From Nemertoderma westbladi (Eukaryota; Animalia; Xenacoelomorpha), in NCBI GenBank assembly GCA_032718475.1, contig JAUCBJ010005574.1:1-64000 (forward strand): a stretch of DNA of 64,000 bases, in the 5' to 3' direction. Position numbers and translations under genes: made by a program. Positions 23,604 through 37,230 of this stretch are shown in pieces. The notes below the pieces were generated by a model that searched no databases, had not been told where the DNA came from, and was given only the letters and a program-made list of their open reading frames with translations. How positions within the stretch are numbered: position 1 is the stretch's first letter; the number at the start of each line of letters is the position of its first letter.

Positions 23604-26600
23604 TTTTTTTTTTTTTTTTTTAAACAGGTAGTGCGTATATTAGAACAACTTAGCAGGCATATTAATTAAATTTACAATATTGATTATAGTGTATAGGAAT
23701 ACGTACGCCTATATCCAGTTGCTGGGTAATATATAAAAATATTAACGTTCTCATATTGCAATTTGCAATGTTACAAACCGGTAAATGTGTAATTAATTAA
23801 TATAGATTGGTAAACGACAATACTAACATTACAAATTAATATTACTTAACAGTTAACTAAGATTGAGGTACTAATGCATCCCTGCTAGGGTTAGAAAAGT
23901 TATATAAAATGCTATAAAACGCAAATTCATCTCTTCAGTTTAGACGTTCATGAGACCTTCCACTCTACAAGTATTTTCAAGAATACTTTGAAATTATTAT
24001 ATTTCCAATAAAAAAAAAAATTTAGTTGAATCTACCAGTGCCTGAGATGAACTGTCCAAGTTCCTCTACAAGCTTAGGTTGTTTAGAAAGTGGTACACCA
24101 CGGCCCTGTAGAAAAGCTTCGATGTTTGTGGTTATTCCAGCTGATTGTAGCTCATCAAATAGTTTTTGCCGATGGGTGGAATAGGAAGGGCAGTGAAGAA
24201 GGTAGTGCTGGGCGTCCTCAGTTACGCCACAGCCGCCGCAAGCTGGAGATTCACTGAGGTGTCGACTTACCATGTCAGCACCTAAGTTACTACATCCAAG
24301 CCGCATTTGGCATAGGCGTACCTGTGTAATTCTAGACCCGAGGTGCGTATATGGATTTATAGTAGGTGAAGAAAATAACCTAGATCGAAACAGTGTGATC
24401 GGGAGTTGGCGTATTGCGATTGGTAGGGAGTTCCACTTTCTGATCGTCGCGGGAAAAAATGATTTATTGTATAGTTCTTTCCGCGTCGGTATCAACGAGA
24501 TGTCAATCGCATTGCGCAATGGGTATCTGTATTGACTGGCCTCGCCAACTGATGGTGGCAGCAGTCGTGACAGGTAGCCAGGGGCAAGGCCATTCACAAT
24601 CTTGTAGAAATACAATAGGCAGTTGGCATTTCTACGATCTGATAATTTTTGTATGCCACACTCGTCATACAATTTATAATGAGATGTACCACGTGGTGCC
24701 CCAGTGGCCGTTCTCAAAATATCCAACTCAATCTGGTCCAGCAATTCTGAATTTTCGTCAGAGATACCGGACCAGACAGGGCTGGCGTATTCTAGTGTTG
24801 GTCTAATGAAACATTTGTATATTTGTAAAATAGATTTTTTTGGGATGAGATATTTCGATTTCTTTAATGCCGCAACTGACATTGAGACTCTACTGATAAT
24901 CGTATGAATGTGATCTGTAAAGTTAAAAGTGGATGAGAAGGTGACACCTAAATGTTTGTGAGACTCTACCATAGGTAGGGCAGTATTATTGTAATAGACT
25001 GGCAAAGTCTGGTATGGGATACTACCAGCCATTGTCATTACTACTGTTTTGGATGGGTTAATTGTAACAAGCCATTTAAGTGCCCACTCATGAAGTGAAC
25101 AGAGGTCTGTGTTTATAAAATGGGCCCTAACTGAAGGATGCTGTAATCGAGTGTACAATGACGTATCATCTGCAAAAAGTGATGCCGTGGATTTCAATAC
25201 ATCGATTAAATCATCGATATAAATAAGGAATAGCAGCGGACCCAAGATGCTGCCTTGCGGCACGGCACGCCTGCTAAAATAAGCATATATACAGATGCAA
25301 CGCCATCGAGTACAACCCGCTGGTAACGTCCCGACAGGTAACTTGCAAACCAACCTAGCAACCTCCCACGAATCCCAATTCGTTCTAGCTTGTGCAATAG
25401 GCCTTGATGCCATACACGGTCAAACGCTTTCGATATATCACAGAAAATAATCTGTGACACATCGCCGTCGTCCCATGCACGGCACCAGTCATCGTAAAGT
25501 TGTAGTAAACGGTACACACAACCATCTCCAGATATAAAACCAGACTGATGTTCAGAAAGTTTATTACGTAGAAATTCCCAGAGATGTTTACGAACGACAG
25601 TTTCAAATACCTTGGATAAAATGCAGAGCAATGAAATTGGCCGATAGTTGGAGCAATAGTATGTTTCGTTCTTCTTAAAGACTGGGCTTACGTTAGAGTA
25701 TTTCCAAAGGGAGGGAAATGTTGATGTTAGTAAAGAGATATTAAATAACACTGTTAGCAATGAGGATATACTTGTACGTATAGCTTTGATTACCTTGGGG
25801 CCAATGCCGTCTGGACCAGACGCTTTATCAGATGACAAACTAGTTAGTGATTCCAGAACGTCTTCCTCACTAATTGTTATATTTTCTAAGATGGTAATAT
25901 TTTCATTTTCATAGTCCAGTATAGGCAGAGGGTTCAATGGAGATGGTAGTTTTGTTTGATCAATAAAGAAGTTATTTAAGAGTTCAGCTTTTGCACTAGC
26001 CTCAACAAGACATGTATTGTTTTCAATTAGGAATGGTATACTAGTAACTTTTGTTTTCCCAAGGGTATTCTTTGCGAAAGAATACCACTCTTTTTGTGTC
26101 ATTTGACCACTAGTACTTAGCTTATCATACATTTTACGATTGTATGCATTTTTTGCAATCCGCACTTGTTGAATAACATGATTTCTAAGTCTGCGATATT
26201 CGTTCCACTCCATTGAATCATCTTGCGTTTTTAATGCTTTTTTATGGCATTTCTCACGTTTTCTGAAAAGTTGACGCAGAAATGGTGTGATCCATTTAGG
26301 ATCGGTTGATCGTGATTTTACTACTTTATTAGGTATAAACTTGTTAATTCCCTCCTTAAGGCAATCATTTAATTTTTGTGCTATTTCGTTAGGATCTCTA
26401 CTGTCTATAGCCGAAGTAAAGTCGTAACCCGAAATAAATAACGAAAAACTTTCCCAATTTGCTGTAGCAAAATCAAATATGGATCTGCTGTATAAAGGCG
26501 GAGGTTTAATTTCACAATTAATTGTTATATAAACAGGTTTGTGATCTGAAATAAAACCTCCATCCTCATACTGCAGGAGAGGGTGGGTGCCATAGTCCAG

Positions 26601-26915
26601 AGTTAGTGCAGGTTTGTCAGAGAACACCAAGTCTAAGCAGGTGTTGCTAATGGGACGAGTTACTTCATGAATGTATTGTGTAAATCCTGTTTGTGCAGCA
26701 AATTGCTGGACTGGTAGAGAATCGCCAGATAAACAGTTACTATTAAAATCGCCTGATAGGACAATACAATCGTAATTATTTGATTTTCTTATATCTTCAA
26801 TTACCTCTGACAGTTTCCCCCAAAACGATGATGGCGGAGTTGATGGCACATAAACAGAAATAACCAAAAATTTTAACTTGCAATGGTAGATTTCAATGAA
26901 AATAGCATCCATGGT
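23604..26915 (-). mobile_element. 5'-truncated CR1 LINE (partial APE + RT + C-terminal CCHC), frameshifted near 25260-25300
   Basis: ORFs 25206-26912 and 24022-25413: GDFN, LDLVFS, SDH (APE); NYRPISLL, CDISKAFDRV, VPQGSILGP, LFADDT, KHLGV (RT); CGGCGVTEDAQHYLLHC. Poly(A) tail seen as a T-run at 23604-23622. Confidence 0.93.
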
Positions 26916-26919
26916 GCTA

Positions 26920-27283
26920 TCCAGAAAACCAATAAAAATGCTTCGAAATCAAAACTTTAGTAAATTTTCCGAATAAAGTAATTTTGAAATTTTAAAGTGC
27001 CACGCCCTAATTTTGGTGCTCCAAAAATGACATACCACTACACTTACATACTTGTATAGAGCATTAGAGTGATCCAAACCAATAAAAATAAGGTGGCACC
27101 CACATCGAAAAGTAGAAATCCAATTGCAACGTTGTTTTTTGCAAAAGATGCGGCATTAAATTTGGCTAATTCTCAATAAAAATTGGGCCGGTACGTAATG
27201 TGGTTGCATAGTTACAGCAACTAAAAACTAGGAAGGGGTCGATTCGCCCCCCCCCCCCCCCCCCCCCAGTGGTAATAGGGTTA
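26920..27283. mobile_element. TTAA-terminated DNA element end
   Basis: GGGGTCGATTCGCCCC...GGTAATAGGG|TTAA, similar to the 20450-20527 terminus. Confidence 0.45.
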
Positions 27284-29001
27284 AGAATTAATGTTATACC
27301 CATAGTAATGTCATTTAGTTATACTGTGGGTACCGGTAACAACAAATGCTACATATTCATTATGTACGTTACTGGATTCTCTTCCGTATTAAGTTTGAAA
27401 ATAGATGTTCTTCATGTTCTACCTTACGTGTTACATAATATTTCAATTTTCGAATAAAGTATCTTTACAAATCACAAAGGGGTAATTTTAATACTAATTT
27501 TAATAATATAATAATTTGATTTTAAATAGCACTCCAGATATAAATACTACATTATCCAATATATAGTTAATCCAAAAGCGAATATATATTTTTAAGTTTA
27601 ATTTATAAACATACACCTATGTAAACGAATGTAAACAATAGTTTTTTATTTCTCAACCGGAGGCATTAAATAATAATAATGATTAATATAGTTAATGTGC
27701 TGCACTGCAGCGGGGCAAGTAAGAACGTTGCCGTTTTGAAATATGGTGTGGTGCAGGTGTATATAGAAATCATAATGTGTGAGAAGAATCAATAATTATG
27801 GCTTCTGACTAATTTTACAAACACGCGGCAGCTATTTCGAAGGCGGCCCTTATTGTATTATTGTAGCATTTCCATGTCTGTTTACAGTTCTGTCGAATGA
27901 ACGGCCCAAAACTGTTCTGTACAGAAAGTAAGGAATACTAAAGAATATAATATTGAATAAAAAATTAAAAAGGAGAGACACAACTAGGTTGTTGAAATAA
28001 TTCCGGTACTAAATTCAACTGAATTTCCACTCGGTAAGATAGGACATGGTGCCAGTTGTTCATAACTATATACGTCATTGTTCATAAAATAGCACATTAT
28101 AGCGTTAAGGCACGAGTGATTTTAAAAATAATACTTTAAATTTTAATAATAAAACGGGGGCCGAAAAGCTTTAATGTGCTAATTATGAACAATGGCGAAT
28201 CTAATTTTATTTATTTGTGTAGAATTATTTGTAGTTATGCACTCAAACTTTCTAGAACAACCTAATAATCACGCGGTGACATACTGGATATACTGGAAAT
28301 ACATAGTAAAATGTATGGCGTAGGGACATACTGAGAAATAATGTCGCACTGCGATATAAAGCTGGAAAAAAATGTCGCCCGGGAGATTTGGTAGTGCGAA
28401 TTTAATTTCACACAAATAAATAAAAACTATAACTGTACACTAAATATGTATTATTAAGAATAAATTCTGGAATTCCATTTAATTGTTGCGTTAAGTAGTC
28501 CTGTCATATATTATATTCTATAAGTACTTATTTTAAATTTTTAAATTTTAAGTTCGCACTTCACACGTAATGTTATTGCTTTGAACAACTAGCCCTTTAA
28601 TCTACATGGTGAAAACAAAAATGAAATAAATAAATAAACTTACCGACAGAAAAGAAGTCTCGCGTAGCTGAGTTCCTTCTTAGCGGTTTTGGAGCCGTAT
28701 TTCTTAGCTACAACGAGACTCCGTCCGTCTAGCTTTTTGCAGTGCAGCAAGTGGCCATCTAGACGGCAGTCGTTGTCGTAACCCTGCCTCAGGTCACTGA
28801 GAGTGAGTACGCATGGAGTGAATACGCATGGTGGACAGATGATCGATGATCGAATGATCTGTACCAGTAGGTTAAGCTGCTATCATGTACCGGTAGTGTT
28901 GTAATGTGTGCCTGGCTGCTGTTTTCCATGAACTAATCAAGTGACAATTTAACTAAAAATATCTTAGCATATATTCTAAGCAAACGATAAGCGCTGCAAT
29001 C

Positions 29002-29542
29002 ATGCCTCCACCGACTCAATCTGTGGCAAACGACAAGCTCGATAACGTAGTTTCAATGCTTAACACATTGAACGCCACAGTCGGCGGAATCCAAACAGAA
29101 CTAAACGATATCAAAAAGCAACTAGCCCCTTTATCGAATATCTCAGAAGTAATTAATGAACTACGTATCGATAACGACACCCTACATCATGAGGTCAATA
29201 ACTTAAAAGCTGAAAACGCTTCATTGCGAAACGAATTCGATGACTGCTCGCAATATATGCGTCGTCACAATGTCTTAATCCACAGCATACAAGAGAGTTC
29301 GAACCAATCTGACGATATTGCTGAAGCGGTAAAGATTATTGAATCCCTCGGAATTTCCAAGAATTTCGTTTATATAATTAACCGCCTTGGTAAACCAAAA
29401 CAAGCTAATCCCGACGACCTAAAAAAACCAACTAGGCCTTTTATAATACGCTTCATTGGCCACTCTCAACGCGCTAAAGTCTTTGCGAACAAAGGTAAAT
29501 TTCCCAACGGTGTGAACGCTTCTGATCATCTTACCCCTCGAC
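29002..29542 (+). pseudogene. LINE ORF1 (coiled coil + RRM), 5' part, interrupted by an RTE insertion
   Basis: Coil followed by QYMRRHNVLIHSIQES, NRLGKP, RPFIIRF and ASDHLTPR, which are typical L1/CR1/L2-type ORF1 motifs. It resumes at 37229. Confidence 0.85.
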
Positions 29543-32300
29543 CCCTTTGCCCCGAGAGCTGACTCGGCAAAAAGCACCCCCCAACCCCCACTATGGATTA
29601 CATTAGTAATGCGGAGGTCCGGCCACTAGAGGCCAGTGGAATTACCGGACACAATCGGCCTCACAGGCATCAGTTAACTCCCGACCGGCTGCCTGTCTCA
29701 CCTCCTACTGGAGAGAGAGCAGCCAACAATTCTTTGAGTCCCTTTCCTGATGACCTTTCTGGCCCAAACCCTGAGTCACCAGGGAGGCCAGATTGTGATG
29801 GGGAGAGGGATTCTGGAGTTGGAGGCTACTCTCATGTTCCACCATGACCAACAAAGCCATTGGTGAATCTGAGGCAAGTCACTAGACTAGCCTCAGTAAA
29901 CACCCTAACACTCGGGTCCCCAAGGCGACAAGGTGAGCTGACTGCCTTGGCAGATAAGCTTTCTCTTAGCGCAGTGGGTGTTCAAGAGCACCAAATGCAG
30001 ACTGGACAGACTGATGAGGTTCTGATTAAGGACATGGGGGGGCGGTTGGCGACTCGCCTTTGCGTCAGCGGATGATAGTGGCAATGGTGGAATTAGTCTA
30101 TTGATGAATCCAACTGCACATGCAGCATTGGACAAAATAGACCAAATCTCTAACCGCATCATCCATTGCCACTTCTCATGTTCTGGAAGACTGGCTAAGA
30201 AGTTTCCTAAGGTGGTTCTGATTGTGTGCTACTCTCCAACTAGTGTTGCCCCTGTAGAGGAGGTGGAAAATTTCTACCACAATCTACAAGCAGCTACTGA
30301 TGGAGTGGATCAGCATGCATTCTTAACATTCCTGGGAGACTTTAAGGCAAGTCTGCATCAATCACCTACATCGCCCTGGGTCTATAGCAATAGTGTTAAC
30401 CGAAATTCTGTCCATCTTCAGGATTTTATCTCTGGAAATGGATTGTTTTCGGCTGGAACCCAGTTCAAGAAGCGTACTGGAAAGCTATTGGACGCAGTGG
30501 TCACAAGTCCCAGATAGACCATATTATGTTTCGTAGGAAATACAGGAGCTCTATACAAGACTGTAATGCATTTACACTTCGACCCTTCTCCAGTGATCAC
30601 CGCCTTAATGTGGCCAAGGTAAGACTTAGTCTGCGTGCTAGCAGAACAACGAAATCTGCCTTGCCGCGGCATGACTGGTCCTCTCTGTTGCAACAGCCAA
30701 GTGTGAGATCCTAGCTTCACACTAAAGCTGAGCAACAGGTATGAGGCTCTTGCCTCTGAGGCGGCAGATCACTGTGAGGGCTATACTGCCTTTACAGAAG
30801 CAGTTAAGTTAGCAGCTGCAGAAACAGTTCCTGTATACCCTCGAAACAGGAAAAGGGCCCCCTGGACTGAATTCAGAAGTGCCGAAATGACCTTCATAAG
30901 GCGCAGAAAGAGTCCCGACTCAAACAGACTACAGCGGCCAAGAATGCAGTTAAGGCTGCACCTAGCTCCCTGAACAGGCAGTACTCTGTTAATCTACAGG
31001 AGCTAATAAACCAACAGGTTGATGGCATCAATGATGCTGACGACAGCAGGCAATCATCCCAGGCATGGAAATCGATCAATTTGCTTACTGGGCGGAAAAG
31101 CCAACCAACCACCAAGGTTAAGGCTGAATCACCAGCCGATTGCCTCAATGGTTGGAAAGCCCACTTTGAAAAGCTCCTCAATAATGACAGGGTTATGCCG
31201 GATAACTTTATAGAAGTAAAAGTGTCTGAGTCTGTACTCCCATATATTCCCATTGGCGATATCTCCTTTGCAGAAGTGAAGGCTGCTGCAAAGAGCATTA
31301 AGACCAATCGTGCCAGTGGAGTAGATGGTGTTCCCCCTGAGGTCTTTAAAATACCTGAGTGTTTAAAGCTCATCTATCCCATCATAGTAGACATGTACCG
31401 AACAACAAGAGTCCCACAAGAAATGAAAACAAATAAGTTGGTGCCAGTTCGCAAGAAGGGCAACCTAACACTCTATGGTTCTTTTCGTGGAATCTCATTG
31501 ATCTCGATTGCTGCAAAGCTATACAATAGGATTCTATTAAATCGCATCAGGGATCCCATTGAGAGACTGATCTGTGGAAATCAGAATGGGTTCCGTAAAG
31601 GTCGTGGGACCATGGAGCCCATTTTGGTACTTAGAAGGACAATTGAAGAATTATCAAAAAAGAAAGACAGACTGTTATCTTTGTTGACTTCTTCAAGGCC
31701 TTTGATTCAGTCTCTCGCTCACGTATGTTCAGCATACTTTCATTATATGGGATTCCTGATGAAATTATTGCAGCAATCAGATCAGTATACGATGGTTCGA
31801 CAACATTTGTGTCTACTGTTGACGGTGACACAGAACCATTTGAAGTGTTATGGGGCGTCCTCCAAGCAGACACACTTGCACCATTCTTGTTCATTATTGT
31901 GGTTGACTATGTTCTACGCATGTCCTTAGATCATCATAATGATGATGGGGTGATGATAATTCCACCTACTGGCTCCAGAAGTCGAGGAAATCCTGCCAAG
32001 TACCTAACTGATCTAGACTCTGCTGATGACTTAGGAGTACTCTCAGAATCATTAGAGGGAGTCCAACGGCTCCTCGGCTCATTAGAATATGCTGCTTCTA
32101 GTGTTGGTCTTTTTATTAACTCAAGAAAGACCAACATTTTGACAGTTAACTTTGAAAGTCCTCAGCAAGTCTCTGATCGGATGAGCATAAGCTCAAAGGA
32201 TGGTATGCTTGAGCATGTGGACGACTTCTGTTACCTGGGATCATGGATCCGGAAGTTAGGTGAGGACCTTCGAATACGTAAGGGAAAGGCATGGGCAGCT
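29543..32300 (+). mobile_element. RTE LINE family A, 5' part (5' UTR, APE, RT; several frameshifts and stops)
   Basis: LASVNTLTL, VGVQEH, CYSPT, GDF, SDHR (APE); FRGISLISIAAKLYN, QNGFRKGR, GVLQADTLAPFLF, DSADDL, FCYLGS (RT). Confidence 0.92.
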
Positions 32301-32301
32301 A

Positions 32302-33020
32302 TGATATATTATTGAATCAGAATAAATGAGTAAGATAATAGTAAACCCGTTTATTATTAGAGGGTAGTCAGCGTACTGCAGTTGTACAGCAGTACAACTG
32401 CATTGCAGTACTGCACGTATCAGTAAGTGGATTGCAGTTTATATACCGGTAAGTACAGCAGTACTGTAATACGAAAAAGACTGATATTACTAGATACTGT
32501 GGATAGATATGACCCTTCACCAAACAAGGCTACAGTACATAACAAAAGCATATCATATAATATATAACATCTCCCATCCCCCTCTAGTTCTCAAGGAAAT
32601 CTAGTTTAGTTATTTAAATCAATTCCAAATCGTGATGGAGGTTGCCTTGTTCGTTTACTACGCTGCGGATTCTCATCTCTGTCTCTTAATTCTGTTTGAT
32701 CATTCAGCATGCCACTTCTCCCTTTGGCTGGTCTGAGGAATCTCCGATTTCGTAAGTATGAGTAGCCTCCTGATTTAACAATATAGGACCTTCCTAGGCT
32801 ACGAACAATCTCTACTCTGCCGAGTTTATTCCATTCTTTTGATCTCTGCTCTTGTATCCAGACAAGCGATCCTATAGCTAGAGCTGGAAGTGGATGTGCA
32901 TGTTTGTCATAATATTCTTTCACTTTCAAAGTAAGAGTTTCCTTCTTTTTTGCAGCAACGTCGGTTACGTTTTCAGTTATTCTGTCATATGCAGATGGAT
33001 GGGCAGGTAACAAGGTTCTT
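32302..33020 (-). mobile_element. Gypsy LTR-retrotransposon 3' remnant (integrase C-terminus, PPT, 3' LTR)
   Basis: LRTLLP...KEYYDKHAHPLPALAIGSLVWIQ...RSYIV...RNRRFLRP. Polypurine tract at 32570-32586. 268-bp LTR at 32302-32569 with TG...CA ends. Confidence 0.85.
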
Positions 33021-33427
33021 AACCCTTTGCAGCCGGAAGCTCTCAAAAAATCGCCTGCTACTGTCCTGATCTTTTTAAACTGAATTTAAAGTATATTTAA
33101 ACAAACAAAACCTTATTTGATGACCCAAAATTGCACAATCAACTATAGTAGATATCAGTACTTAGTTTAATGGACCATAATTATTTAATTAATTAACTAA
33201 TTAGCTAATTAATTAATTAATTAACAAACTAATTAATTAGTTAATTAATTAACCAAATAATTAGTTAATATTTAGACAATTGTTCACATAATGGTAAACT
33301 AATTTTGTGGTGGAAATTCGCTGAAACACGATACACAAAGTCCAGGTTGACCAGGGCACACAGCACAGACGTATCGGGTTTTCTTTGTAATGTTCTTACT
33401 CCAGCATATACGACAAGGTGTAAGACA

Positions 33428-36400
33428 AGATTATTGTAAAGTACAAGATTATGCACTGGCTGGTCCTCACGGCGAAAGCAATGTCCTGCAAAGCGGAGGT
33501 GATTTTGTTCTAGTGTCAAGCTTGGGGGAACCAATGAGACACCTCCAATGTTATATAGTGTCTGGTTGGAGATGTGTGCATTGTACTTGACACAATGAAC
33601 CCGGCGTAGCATTATTGTGAATGTGCCATCCAGAGATTTGGTGTCCTCAGCAGTTAGAGCCCAGCATGGACTCCCATAGAGGAGTACTGGAACTACTGCT
33701 CTGCTGCCTTAAATAATCGGACCTTAAGTTTCCGATTAATTCTCAGTGACTTCCAAATCCTGGAAAGCCTATTCAAGGCTGCCCATGCCTTTCCCTTACG
33801 TATTCGAAGGTCCTCACCTGACTTCCGGATCCATGATCCCTGGTAACAGAAGTCATACATATGCTCAAGCATACTATCTTTTGAGCTTATGCTCATCCGA
33901 TCAGAGACTTTCTGAGGACTCTCAAAGTTAACTGTCAAAATTTTGGTCTTCCTGGAGTTAATAAAAAGACCAACACTAGAAGCAGCATGTTCTAATGAGC
34001 TGAGGAGCCGTTGGGCTCCCTCTAGTGATTCTGAGAGTACTCCTACTACTAGGATCGGCATGCTGCATTGCAGCTGCATTTTTAAGAATGCTGTGCCGGC
34101 TTGTCAACAAAATTGCACCGCCACAACTCCCTATCACCCATGACATTTGCTAGATCATCCGCATCTTTAAGGCCAGTGTCCTTTAAGATGCGTCTCAAGA
34201 AAGTCATGGGCTGTCCACCATGCTTATTCACTCCATGAGGCTGCCAAAGTACAAGATTATGCACTGGCTGGTCCTCACGGCGAAAGCAATGTCCTGCAAA
34301 GCGGAGGCGGTTTTGTTCTAGTGTCAAGCTTGGGGGAACCAATGAGACACCTCCAATGTTATATAGTGTCTGGTTGGAGATGTGTGCATTGTACTTGACA
34401 CAATGAACCCGGCGTAGCATTCTTGTGAATGTGCCATCCAGAGATTTGGTGTCCTCAGCAGTTAGAGCCCAGCATGGACTCCCATAGAGGAGTACTGGAA
34501 CTACTGCTGCTCTAAATAATCGGACCTTAAGTTTCCGATTAATTCTCGGTGACTTCCAAATCCTGGAAAGCCTATTCAAGGCTGCCCATGCCTTTCCCTT
34601 ACGTATTCGAAGGTCCTCACCTGACTTCCGGATCCATGATGGGTCCACATGCTCAAGCATACCATCCTTTGAGCTTATGCTCATCCGATCAGAGACTTGC
34701 TGAGGACTTTCAAAGTTAACGGTCAGAATTTTGGTCTTTCTGGAGTTAATAAAAAGACCAACACTAGAAGCAGCATGTTCTAATGAGCTGAGGAGCCGTT
34801 GGGCTCCCTCTAATGATTCTGAGAGTACTCCTAAGTCATCAGCAAAGTCTAGATCAGTTAGGTACTTGGCAGGATTTCCTCGACTTCTGGAGCCAGTAGG
34901 TGGAGTTATCATCACCCCATCATCATTATGATGATCTAAGGACATGCGTAGAACATAGTCAACCACAATAATGAACAAGAATGGTGCAAGTGTGTCTCCT
35001 TGGAGGACGCCCCATAACACTTCAAATGGTTCTGTGTCACCGTCAACAGTAGACACAAATGTTGTCGAACCATCGTATACTGATCTGATTGCTGCAATAA
35101 TTTCATCAGGAATCCCATATAATGAAAGTATGCTGAACATACGTGAGCGAGAGACTGAATCAAAGGCCTTGAAGAAGTCAACAAAGATAACAGCCAGATG
35201 CCTGTCTTTCTTTTTTGATAATTCTTCAATTATCCTTCTAAGTGCCAAAATGGGCTCCATGGTCCCACGACCTTTACGGAACCCATTCTGATTTCCACGG
35301 AGCAGTCTCTCAATGGGATCCCTGATGCGATTTAATAGAATCCTATTGTATAGCTTTGCAGCAATCGAGATCAATGAGATTCCCCGAAAAGAACCATAGA
35401 GAGTACTCCTAAGTCATCAGCAAAGTCTAGATCGGTTAGGTACTTGGCAGGATTTCCTCGACTTCTGGAGCCAGTAGGTGGAGTTATCATCACCCCATCA
35501 TCATTATGATGATCTAAGGACATGCGTAGGACATAGTCAACAACAATTATGAACAAGAATGGTGCAAGTGTGTCTCCCTGAGCATCAGGAATCCCATATA
35601 ATGAAAGTATGCTGAACATACGTGAGCGAGAGACTGTATCAAAGGCCTTGAAGAAGTCAACAAAGATAACAGCCAGATGACTGTCTTTCTTTTTTGATAA
35701 CTCTTCAATTATCCTTCTAAGTGCCAAAATGGGCTCCATGGTCCCACGACCTTTACGGAACCCATTCTGATTTCCACGGAGCAGTCTCTCAATGGGATCC
35801 CTGATGCGATTTAATAGAATTATATTGTATAGCTTTGCAGCAATCGAGATCAATGAGATTCCCCGAAAAGAACCATAGAGTGTTAGGTTGCCCTTCTTGG
35901 GAACTGGCACCAACTTATTTGTTTTCATTTCTTGTGGGACTCTTTTTGTTCAGTACATGTTTACTATGATGGGATAGATGAGTTTTAAACACTCAGGTAT
36001 TTTAAAGACCTCAGGAGGAACACCATCTACTCCACTGGCACGATTGGTCTTAATGCTCTTTGCAGCAGCCTTCAATTCTGCAAAGGAGATATCAAAAATG
36101 GGAATATCTGGGAGTACAGACTCAGACACTTTTACTTCTATAAAGTTAGCAGGCAATACCCTGTCATTATTGAGGAGCTTTTCAAAGTGGGCCTTCCAAC
36201 CATTGAGGCGATCGGCTGGTGATTCAGCCTTAACCTTGGTGGTTGGTTGGCTTTTTCGACCAGCAAGCAAGTTGATCGATCTCCATGCCCGGGATGATTG
36301 CCTGCTGTCGTCAGCATCATTGATGGCATCAACCTGTTGGTTTATTAGCTCCTGTAAATTAAGAGAGTACTGCCTGTTCAGGGACCTAGATGCAGCCTTA

Positions 36401-36941
36401 ACTGCATTCTTGGCCGCTGTAGTCTGTTTGAGTCGGGACTCTTTCTGCGCCTTGTAGAGGTCATTTCAGCACTTCTGAATTTTGTTGTCAGTCCAGGGGG
36501 CCTGTTTCCTGTTTCGAGGGTATATAGGAACTGTTTTTGCAGCTGCTAACTTAACTGCCTCTGTGAAGGCAGTATAGCCCTCACAGTGATCTGCCGCCTC
36601 AGAGGCAAGAATCTCATACCTGTTGCTCAGCTATAGTGTGAAGCTGGATCTCACACTTGGCTGTTGCAACAGAGAGGACCAGTCATGCCGCGGCAAGGCA
36701 GATTTCGTTGTTCTGCTAGCATGCAGACTAAGTCTTACCTTGGCCACAATAAGGCGGTGATCACTGGAGAAGGGTTGTAGTGTAAATGCATTACAGTCTT
36801 GTATAGAGCTCTTGTATTTCCTACGAAACAGGATATGGTCTATCTGGGACTTGTGACCACTGGGTCCACTATGAGTCCATAGCTTTCCAGTTCGCTTCTT
36901 GAACTGGGTTCCAGCCGAAAACAATCCATTTCCAGAGATAA
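33428..36941 (-). mobile_element. RTE family A copy (inverted), with an internal deletion and a nested copy of the same family
   Basis: ORFs 36631-36924, 35950-36270, 35371-35928, 33693-34040 and 33428-33612 all match 29543-32300 or 46291-48563. Confidence 0.92.
34046..35398 (-). mobile_element. 5'-truncated RTE family A copy with (TAG)n tail and 13-bp TSD, inserted into another copy
   Basis: GAGAGTACTCCTA at 34033-34045 and 35399-35411. ORF 34082-35374 carries DFADDL and the full C-terminus. Confidence 0.9.
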
Positions 36942-36951
36942 TCGATTTCCA

Positions 36952-37230
36952 GAGAACAAATCACCTCCGCTTTGCAGGACATTGCTTTCGCCGTGAGGAC
37001 CAGCCAGTGCATAGTCTTGTACTTTGGCAGCCTCACAGAGTGAAAATGCATGGTGGACAGCCCATGACTTTCTTGAGATGCATCTTAAAGGACACTGGCC
37101 TTGAAGATGCGGATGATCTAGCAAATGTCATGGGTGATAGGGAGTTGTGGCGGTACAATTTTGTTGACAAGCCGGCACAGCATTCTTAAAAATGCAACTG
37201 CAATGCATCATGCCGATCCTAGTAGTAGTA
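36952..37230 (+). mobile_element. RTE family A 3' end with (TAG)n tail
   Basis: HLRFAGHCFRREDQP...DKPAQHS stop, then ...GATCCTAGTAGTAGTA, followed by TSD CCCCTCGAC. Confidence 0.9.
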
